A stretch of DNA of 64,000 bases, taken from the NCBI GenBank assembly GCA_963787835.1, contig CAWBEI010000002.1:576001-640000 (forward strand), given 5' to 3'. The position numbers were made by a program, and so were the translations under genes. Below the pieces are notes generated by a model. That model was not told the DNA's origin. It saw only the letters and a program-made list of their open reading frames with translations, and did no database searches. Of this stretch, positions 56,724 to 64,000 are shown piece after piece; positions within the stretch are counted from its first letter, which is position 1, and each line of letters opens with the position of its first letter. The stretch is from Ignavibacteriota bacterium (lineage in GTDB: Bacteria; Bacteroidota; Ignavibacteria; Palsa-1295).

Positions 56724-58271
56724 TCACGGCCTGATGCTATGAGGCGCAATCGTGATCTTATGAAGGTCGGCCGAAGCATCGAGCGTGATCGAAAGCTGGT
56801 TCCCTTCCAGCGTGGCTTGTTCGTTGATCGATCCGAGTTCGCAAACAAACCCATTATAGAGTAGATCGAATCCGGTATCGTAGTGTGTGGGCTGCCATGG
56901 ATGTCCGCCGACGACAGGCACATAGATCACCGTTGGCGCATCGATAGGTTTGCCACGCAGCACCAGTTCGAATTTCCTGGACCGCAGGTTAAAATGCTGA
57001 TGTACGGGCTCCGCGCTTGCAGCCATAACGTAAGGCCGAACAGCTACGTCCAAATTTCGCAACACTCTTCCGGCATCACCCGGATTCTTTGGCGGAACGT
57101 TCGATCTCGTACCAATGAGTGAAAAGTCCTCGCGCATAAAACCATCGTTACGGTCATGGGTATTATAAAGGTTCACATTCCAATAGGTGGCATTCACAAG
57201 AGCTTGTTCGACGGATTCGAATTGCCAATCCATGTGGCGGCGGACGACGGATCGCGCCCAATTCTGGCGGGTTCCGAACTCGGTCAGGAATGGGACCATC
57301 CCCTTTTCGTGCGCGCGCTTCACGCCGAGCCGCTGCGCATCGCGATATTCCTCCCGTTTGGAGTCGTGAAACCAACGGCCCCCAAGTGCAGTGAGCAAGG
57401 AATCGTAATAGTGATACGCAAAAACGATCCGGTCGTCATGCTCAGCAGCCGGTAGATAGGATTCGTACGCCCGACTGCTCCTAAGGTTGACATTCCAATC
57501 ACTTTGCGGAGCAACAAATGCAAAAAGGCTCGGCGAATGCCTTCGGATGCGATGAATAGCGTCGGCATAAAATACCCGAAGCACTTCCGCTTCGAAGGTT
57601 CGTGTATCCAACATCGCAGGATGCGGTTCGTTAAAGACTTCAATTCCCAGCACGCGGTCGCACTTCGAAACCGTTTCGGCAACCCGTTCGAGCATATCCA
57701 AAAACCGGTCGCGTACCGGAAAATTGTCCAGCGGAGGGTCAACCGAATGATTGGTGAGGTCATTCTTCCAAAAGTCGGTAAATGTTTTGCGAAGATGCCG
57801 GTTGAATTCATAGTTCGCGCCCCATAGTGGGGTATCGGTAAGGAAGCTAAATTTCCTTGTGCCTTCCGAGCGAACCCAATCCGGCATTCCATTCCCGCCA
57901 AACGCTTTGCCGATCAGATCCTGGTGAAGATCGATAATAATAAGAAATCCTTTCTCCGCAAAAAGGCAAAGATACTCGAAAAATGTTTGAAGATACTCCT
58001 CGTCATATTCCGGCATGGTGGGATTGCAGTGTGGTTCGAATGCCGCCCAGAAAAAGGGAAGCCGGATCGTCGTGAACCCGCAGGCACGCAACAGATCGAT
58101 ATAGGTCTCGTATTTTACCCAATCTTCGGGCGATCGAAACGGTAGATGCGGCGGAAGTTTTGCCGATGGGCCAAAGGATACGCCGCGCAAGAGCAGCCAG
58201 CGGCCATCGGCATGGCGAAACCATCTGCCGTCACTGAGGATCTCGGGCGTTTCGGGTTGTAGGAATTGCAA
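56724..58271 (-). CDS. glycoside hydrolase family 5, endoglycoceramidase-like
   Basis: GR.LLLRGV, RL...W..FEP, DLHQD, NEP acid/base, AYHYY, TEFG nucleophile, RPY. Confidence 0.85.
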   Translation of the reverse strand: MQFLQPETPEILSDGRWFRHADGRWLLLRGVSFGPSAKLPPHLPFRSPEDWVKYETYIDLLRACGFTTIRLPFFWAAFEPHCNPTMPEYDEEYLQTFFEYLCLFAEKGFLIIIDLHQDLIGKAFGGNGMPDWVRSEGTRKFSFLTDTPLWGANYEFNRHLRKTFTDFWKNDLTNHSVDPPLDNFPVRDRFLDMLERVAETVSKCDRVLGIEVFNEPHPAMLDTRTFEAEVLRVFYADAIHRIRRHSPSLFAFVAPQSDWNVNLRSSRAYESYLPAAEHDDRIVFAYHYYDSLLTALGGRWFHDSKREEYRDAQRLGVKRAHEKGMVPFLTEFGTRQNWARSVVRRHMDWQFESVEQALVNATYWNVNLYNTHDRNDGFMREDFSLIGTRSNVPPKNPGDAGRVLRNLDVAVRPYVMAASAEPVHQHFNLRSRKFELVLRGKPIDAPTVIYVPVVGGHPWQPTHYDTGFDLLYNGFVCELGSINEQATLEGNQLSITLDASADLHKITIAPHSIRP

Positions 58272-58337
58272 GGGAAAACCAGCACTACCTTTTTATATAG
58301 GAAGGAAGTTCCGCAAGAGTAGGGAGAAGATCTAATA

Positions 58338-59453
58338 ATGTCATTTTTAACGACATGGAATACAAACGGAACTATCCAATGTTTCTTGCGTAGTAGGTTT
58401 TTTAGTAAGTACGATGTCGGGCATTTAACTGATTTTGATTTGCCAATAAGATTTCCCTTCGCTCTTCTCCTCGTTTTGATTGGCGGGATTTTTAGCCCCG
58501 CACTCTCTCAGTCTCTTAAACCTGCCGCCGCCGATTCCTCGGCAAACATTGCTGGAAAAGCAAAGTCAGACACTTCGCTCCTTTCCCAGGTCACTCCCTC
58601 TCCTACATCAAACGACATCGATCGCCGAGCCGAGCCCGGAATCTTCGATTTTATCACCAATCTCCCCATGGATTGGCGGGACTGGGCTGTGAACAGCTTC
58701 CAGCTTCAATATTGGCCGCAATACACTGCCATTGCGGTATCCACTGCCGCGATGATCGTCTATGACAACCAAATGTGGAAGCCGTTCGAAAAAGAGTATA
58801 ACAAGAACAGCACCTTCCAAACGGCCTCGGATCTGTTCGTGGATGTCGGAGATGGCCGGTTCCAGTTCGGTCTCGCAGGCGGCTATCTTGTCTATGGAGT
58901 GATAGCCGGCGATGCGCGTGCGCTACGAACAGCCTCGCAAGTGTGTGAAGTGATCCTCGCTTCGGGCGGTGTGGTTCAACTGCTCAAGCATGTAACAGGC
59001 CGTGAAAGCCCGATCGATATTACTTACAACCCAACCGGCCGGTGGGACTGGTTTCCGAATCAGATCGACTACCTCTATCATACATCGCACTATGATGCAT
59101 TCCCGTCCGGGCACCTTACAACCGCACTTGCCACGCTAACCGTCATTGGCAATAATTATCCGGAACAGAAATGGATAAATCCTGTCGGCTATGCAGTGTG
59201 CGCCGGGCTTTCCGTCGGCCTGGTAGCCCAAAGTGTCCATTGGTGGAGCGATTTCCCGCTTGCGATCGCGCTCGGCATCGGTTTTGGAGATGTTGTTTCA
59301 CCCAATCCAAATGGTGATGTCAGTGTTCCCCAGCCAACGAAGAAGAATATGGGAATGATAGAATCAACCGTTCACACCCTCATGGCGCAAACGACGATCG
59401 TCCCCACCATGGAGCCTGGCGGCGGCGGACTTTCTATGATCGTGAAGTTCTAA
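58338..59453 (+). CDS. PAP2-family phosphatase
   Basis: K...GRESP, FPSGH, HWWSD; start uncertain. Confidence 0.8.
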   Translation: MSFLTTWNTNGTIQCFLRSRFFSKYDVGHLTDFDLPIRFPFALLLVLIGGIFSPALSQSLKPAAADSSANIAGKAKSDTSLLSQVTPSPTSNDIDRRAEPGIFDFITNLPMDWRDWAVNSFQLQYWPQYTAIAVSTAAMIVYDNQMWKPFEKEYNKNSTFQTASDLFVDVGDGRFQFGLAGGYLVYGVIAGDARALRTASQVCEVILASGGVVQLLKHVTGRESPIDITYNPTGRWDWFPNQIDYLYHTSHYDAFPSGHLTTALATLTVIGNNYPEQKWINPVGYAVCAGLSVGLVAQSVHWWSDFPLAIALGIGFGDVVSPNPNGDVSVPQPTKKNMGMIESTVHTLMAQTTIVPTMEPGGGGLSMIVKF

Positions 59454-59462
59454 TTCGCCACA

Positions 59463-60116
59463 TTACCGTGCAAGCACCTGATAGGAAACTGCCCCGTGCT
59501 TACGGATCGATTTGATATGGGCCTTGGTGTTTCCATCAGCCCGCAGATCGGCAAGCCGTTCTTCCGCCTCGAAATTACTGGACGTTTGAAGCACCGGATG
59601 CACGGTGGCTTTATGCACGGTATGTGGTGATGTGATCTGTGAGCTTACCGCCGCTTCGGGTGGTAATTCGCCGGGTGGGACGACCGTTGGTTGAAATGGA
59701 GGCGCTGACTGATCGTCGGTTGTATCTTTCTGATTGTTCCTTACGGAATCAGCCGGTTTAGGAATAGAGCGAATATCCTGAGCGACCCTTCGATCGCTCC
59801 GTTGCTGGAAAAATCCTTGTTTAAGCGAAAATGCAATAGCAAGCCCTATTAATAAGATCGCGAAAATGATCACCTGGGACGTTCCGCTCAGTGGTTGTGG
59901 GCGTGAAGACGCAGCCGGTGATGCATCCACTGGCTTGGCACTTGCGATCGGCACAGGCTCCGTTGGGCGCACGACCGCAGGAGCTACCGCGTCCCCCGAA
60001 TATTCAGAATGAGTTTGGGTAAGCAAATGCTCGATGTCCGCGCGGGTCATGCCAAACCGTTCTGCTAACCGCGCAGTCCGTTCACTGTTTGATGGTTGAT
60101 TGGGACGCTCCGCCAT
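59463..60116 (-). CDS. single-TM protein with degenerate SPOR-like C-terminus
   Basis: One TM, Pro-rich linker, EAEERLADLRADG...SYQV tail; follows the TonB-like gene. Confidence 0.5.
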   Translation of the reverse strand: MAERPNQPSNSERTARLAERFGMTRADIEHLLTQTHSEYSGDAVAPAVVRPTEPVPIASAKPVDASPAASSRPQPLSGTSQVIIFAILLIGLAIAFSLKQGFFQQRSDRRVAQDIRSIPKPADSVRNNQKDTTDDQSAPPFQPTVVPPGELPPEAAVSSQITSPHTVHKATVHPVLQTSSNFEAEERLADLRADGNTKAHIKSIRKHGAVSYQVLAR

Positions 60117-60176
60117 AATCGAATTTGGTAACGGAGAGGGTTTCTATTATAGTTCGAAGCCAGAAGGGATTTTCTA

Positions 60177-62084
60177 TCAGAATCTATACCGAACGGTCGC
60201 CCAGATAGACTGCGGCTTCTCGGGATACCCAGGCCAGAAATCGCTGCCGCCGCCGAGAATATTCTCTAACCGCACTGTTAACGCCACAGCCGCAGAGAGT
60301 TGAGCATCGACGTTTGCATCCAGGAATGTGAACGTCTCGCCAGGCCGTGAGATCACTTGAATAGAAACAGATGGCTGCACCGCATTCCAGATGGAATTGA
60401 AATGATAATCCAGATCGACCGTGGCATTTGGCTCGAACGGAATAGAACGATCTACCGCAATAAATTCAGCCGAACCGGTAATCGCGTCACGGCTGAAAAC
60501 GCTTATATTACCGGCAGCGGTGAAGTCAAAACGTTGTGTACTTTCGGACGCTACCGTGAATACATTGGCGAGATCTTTCGCAGTTGCAACATTGAAAATA
60601 GGTTCACGATCGCGGGTGATGTATCGCGCTTCGAAACGGAGTTCATCATCCGAGGAAAGCATATAATTTAAAAATGCAGCAAAGTTGATCTTATCCATCA
60701 CCACGGAACGCCCATCCACCGGAGCAGCCGTCGATAGACCATTTTGCTTCGATTGAAAAACCAACTGCGGCGAATAAAATGGATCGACCATCGTAAGTGC
60801 CCTAAACGATGCCAATTGCACGTGCGGCTCAAAACTTGCACCGATCGAAGTGAGAGCATTTATTTGCATTTGGCCTCGCAAAACCGGCAGCACCGCAGAA
60901 TAGCTTGATCCATCGACTCCCGTGCCACCCAAATATTCTGCACCTGCATACCAGGATAGATTCCCGTCGTTCGGATCGCCGAACAGCGCCTTCCCAGACT
61001 CGGCATGGATGGGCGTGCTCATCCGACCGAAAAAATTTGCTCCGGTAGTCACATTCGTATCGCAGGAAAGCGTCGCGAGAGAATAATTCCCTTCCGCGAT
61101 GACCCGGTACTTCGAAACGTCGAACCGCGTGCCGAGCTCAACATCCTGAGACGATTCGGTTGCCCCGCCGGAAAGCCCGTCACTCAACTCATGATCTTCA
61201 AAGCGTGCATCGTAATGGAACGCGCGTGTGACATCGCCCTCGATAGAGGCTAGGCCAGAAAATTGTGCGAGCGCTCGATCGATCGTCGATAGGTTATTGA
61301 TCGCGACGCTTTTTACATCATATCCCGCCTGCACTTTGAGATCCTGGGAGTGGTACGCATCGAGCGCAGGATCCTCGCCAAGCTGCGATTCAAGCGTTGC
61401 GCTAAGATCGCCAAAATTGTGTACGGCGGACCTGGAAGCCTGCAACGATTGATATTCCCCCGACAGATTCATCGAAGACCGTTCCGAGAGCGATGGCGCG
61501 AACCATCCTGCAACGCGTGGCAACGCAACATTCCCGCCTCCTGCTTCCAGATAAGATTCCGACCTCATGGGTGGTTCCAGAGGAATGGGCAGCGGCGATT
61601 GATCGAAGTATGGCAGATTCTCTCGCGTTACCGGATTCATGCGCTCAACGAGAGTGGAATCGAACGAGGTACTACGCAACTCCGTCTCCATCACCAAGCT
61701 CGGCGGATAATTGTAATGCACATGCGACCCTAACCGGGCAAGTTCCGGTATCTCGACCAGTTCCGAATCCAGCCACTCTTTATGCGGCAAAGAAACAGCG
61801 GTATCGACTACTGAAATAGCGGAATCGGCATACTCCCTCGACACGGAATCGTTAAAATGTTCCCGCTCCAGATCGCTGGCATGAAGTGTATCGCGATAAA
61901 CAAGTGCGCGGTTCTTTTGCGCCCGCCGTAACTCCGCAGCCATGGAGGGCGGAAGTGGGCGGTTCGTATGAAATACCGCCGTCGAAGAATCCTTTGCAAC
62001 AAGCGAGACCGATTGCCCGAAAGCATTGGACATGCCTGCAAGCGATGAGATCGAGATCAAAATCACAACGATGCAATATTTCAT
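60177..62084 (-). CDS. TonB-dependent-receptor-like outer-membrane barrel
   Basis: Signal peptide, beta-strand pattern, RLENIL...W.GY...VRYRF terminus; coupled to TPR gene. Confidence 0.7.
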   Translation of the reverse strand: MKYCIVVILISISSLAGMSNAFGQSVSLVAKDSSTAVFHTNRPLPPSMAAELRRAQKNRALVYRDTLHASDLEREHFNDSVSREYADSAISVVDTAVSLPHKEWLDSELVEIPELARLGSHVHYNYPPSLVMETELRSTSFDSTLVERMNPVTRENLPYFDQSPLPIPLEPPMRSESYLEAGGGNVALPRVAGWFAPSLSERSSMNLSGEYQSLQASRSAVHNFGDLSATLESQLGEDPALDAYHSQDLKVQAGYDVKSVAINNLSTIDRALAQFSGLASIEGDVTRAFHYDARFEDHELSDGLSGGATESSQDVELGTRFDVSKYRVIAEGNYSLATLSCDTNVTTGANFFGRMSTPIHAESGKALFGDPNDGNLSWYAGAEYLGGTGVDGSSYSAVLPVLRGQMQINALTSIGASFEPHVQLASFRALTMVDPFYSPQLVFQSKQNGLSTAAPVDGRSVVMDKINFAAFLNYMLSSDDELRFEARYITRDREPIFNVATAKDLANVFTVASESTQRFDFTAAGNISVFSRDAITGSAEFIAVDRSIPFEPNATVDLDYHFNSIWNAVQPSVSIQVISRPGETFTFLDANVDAQLSAAVALTVRLENILGGGSDFWPGYPEKPQSIWATVRYRF

Positions 62085-64000
62085 TCGCCGCCTCCTTTCC
62101 GATGTTTTTTCTTCGCAGGGGGTAAAAGAGAGTCCAGTAAGGTTCGAGCGGCCTCGCGCTCATGCTCCGGAAGCGGCCGGAGATCCAGGAACTCGCGGAG
62201 ATTTCGGATCGCTTCTGCTTTTCGTTCCAGATGAATCTCTGCGCGAACTAATTCAAATAGACTTCGACGGTCCAATTCCGGCGATAGGGTAAAATCTTCT
62301 CTTGCCGTTTTGAAGTCTGTGGCAGCTTTGGTCCAGCTCCCTTGGGCAAAATAGGTTTCGGCAGTGTGAAACGTCGCTTCCCCGCCAAGCGCATCCTGCG
62401 AATGAGCAGCGATCACGTTGGCAAATACATCGCGCGCACTATCGTCTTTTCGCTGTTCGGCAAGCAATTCTCCCGCTCGAATCGCAGCGCGCGCGCAAAT
62501 ACTTGCCTGGATGGGATACCGTTGTGAGAGATCCAAAAGGATATGTATCGCAGAATCGGCTCTTTTCTTTTCAGCAAGCATTTGTCCGTATTCATACATT
62601 GCCTGCGGCGCCGCATCGCTGGAGTAATATCGTTCCTGATAGGCCGATTGAAAATCGGTGGATGCAGCATCGAATTGCTGGCCTGCGCGATGGATCCGCG
62701 CACGGTCGAGATAAGCACCGGATGCGACATCGAGAGTGGCATATCTCGCAATCACGGTATCGAGCTGCGCAACGGATGACGCAGTATCTCCCGCAGCAAG
62801 CTCTGTTTCCGCAATGAATAATTCCGCCTGTGGCCGTTCCGGACGAGCGGGATACTCCGCAATAAAAGACCTGAATGTTTTTAAAGCCAATTCCGGATCA
62901 TGCAGCTTCATCTGCAACACCCCAGCGCGGAACCGAACGACCGTATCGATCGGGTTCTTGGGATCCCGAGCCACGAATGAATCTGCTACGGCAAGCGCCT
63001 GAGGAATTTGTTTGAGATCGACGAGTGCATCCTGCAAAGCATAGAGCGCCGGGCCGGCCTCGTTCGACCGAGGATACGCATGCACCACCTGCTCATAGTA
63101 GTGAAGAGAACCCTGCTCATCCCCTCGACGAACGCGCTCCTCTCCGGCGACGTAAAGCGCGCGCGGCGCGACTGGTGAATGCGGATATTTGCTGACGATC
63201 TTATCGACCATCCCTTCCGCAGACTCATTGAGATTAATGGAATAGGCTGAGAGCGCATAATCGAAACTTGCGAGATCGACAATGTCACTCTCGGGATATT
63301 TCTTCATCAGGTACTCGAAGGCGTTCATCGCGCTGCGCTCGGAATCGATCTTCATGCGCGTGACGCCCAGCATGAGCGTGGCGCGCGTCGTACGGATCGG
63401 ATTAAATCCCGGGCGATCCGTGGCCTGATTATACAGCTTATTAGCCGCTTTCAGATCGCCCATTGCGTAGAAGGCATCACCGGCATGATCGAGCGCATCG
63501 TACGCATAGCGGCTGATGGTGTCAGTGACGAGTACGTGCTGGAATTCCTGTTCCGCACGCGCGAAATCGTTCGCGGAAAAAAGGCTCCATGCGTAAGAAT
63601 ACTCGGCATCTTCCTTGCGGTCACTTTCAGGATATTCCGAAAGCAGGCGTGAAAAGGTTACGGCTGCAGAATCGAATTCACCGGCTCGAAAGTAGGCGCG
63701 GCCCTGCCAGAAGAGTGCTTCGTCTGTGCGGCCAGGAATATGCTCGTGCGACTGATCGAGATACGTCGCAAGTTCGTCCGCAGCATCGTTCCAATTGTTG
63801 ATCGGGATAAGCGAAAGCCCGCGTTCCAAATGGGCTGTTGCCCGAGTGGCCGTGTCATGCAAGGGAAGATTTGCAAACGAATTCAGAAAATATTCTTCAG
63901 CGCGCTCGTAATCGTTCCGGCGGTAAGCAAGCTCGCCCAGCATGAAGGAGGCATACCCGCCACGAACACTCCGTTCGGTGCTGACGGGCTGCAAGAGCTT
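62081..64000 (-). CDS. tetratricopeptide-repeat protein, 3' part; start beyond window
   Basis: Repeated A.Y..G..Y / ..YP.S TPR units; frame open to 64000. Confidence 0.88.
   Translation of the reverse strand, partial: KLLQPVSTERSVRGGYASFMLGELAYRRNDYERAEEYFLNSFANLPLHDTATRATAHLERGLSLIPINNWNDAADELATYLDQSHEHIPGRTDEALFWQGRAYFRAGEFDSAAVTFSRLLSEYPESDRKEDAEYSYAWSLFSANDFARAEQEFQHVLVTDTISRYAYDALDHAGDAFYAMGDLKAANKLYNQATDRPGFNPIRTTRATLMLGVTRMKIDSERSAMNAFEYLMKKYPESDIVDLASFDYALSAYSINLNESAEGMVDKIVSKYPHSPVAPRALYVAGEERVRRGDEQGSLHYYEQVVHAYPRSNEAGPALYALQDALVDLKQIPQALAVADSFVARDPKNPIDTVVRFRAGVLQMKLHDPELALKTFRSFIAEYPARPERPQAELFIAETELAAGDTASSVAQLDTVIARYATLDVASGAYLDRARIHRAGQQFDAASTDFQSAYQERYYSSDAAPQAMYEYGQMLAEKKRADSAIHILLDLSQRYPIQASICARAAIRAGELLAEQRKDDSARDVFANVIAAHSQDALGGEATFHTAETYFAQGSWTKAATDFKTAREDFTLSPELDRRSLFELVRAEIHLERKAEAIRNLREFLDLRPLPEHEREAARTLLDSLLPPAKKKHRKGGGE

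Noticed and set aside
1-64000. tRNA, rRNA, tmRNA or prophage genes
   Set aside because: No cloverleaf, rRNA signature or phage structural gene cluster found by eye

Overview
64-kb bacterial chromosomal window, probably from the Bacteroidota-Chlorobi supergroup (Ca. Kapabacteria-like; inferred from five T9SS C-terminal-domain proteins, TAnnTTTG-type promoters, little Shine-Dalgarno signal, and a TPR/TonB-barrel/SPOR gene trio). It carries housekeeping genes (etfAB, dapF, mtgA, yebC, pit/DUF47, pgi-pmi, manC, peptidases), a rubrerythrin/Fe-S oxidoreductase/DUF3501 oxidative-stress operon, a type I restriction-modification pair with a fused M-S subunit, four type II toxin-antitoxin loci (two with damaged toxins) and many secreted beta-propeller/Ig proteins. 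No rRNA, tRNA, CRISPR array or transposase is visible. The main unexplained signals are non-genic: (1) several families of palindromic REP/MITE-like elements and heptamer arrays, found between genes and also in frame inside at least five protein genes (three in the DUF2723 gene alone); (2) a candidate ~180-250 nt structured RNA with G.U-rich stems, a GCAA tetraloop and alternative pairings at 14580-14825; (3) a 17-bp tandem repeat that creates a chain of coupled MSFTHL mini-cistrons between DUF2723 and pgi/pmi; (4) enrichment of D-S/T sequons in exported proteins next to a DUF2723 (GT-C)/PMI operon, suggesting protein O-mannosylation; (5) two single-base frameshifts. All assignments come from reading motifs by eye; no database searches were run.
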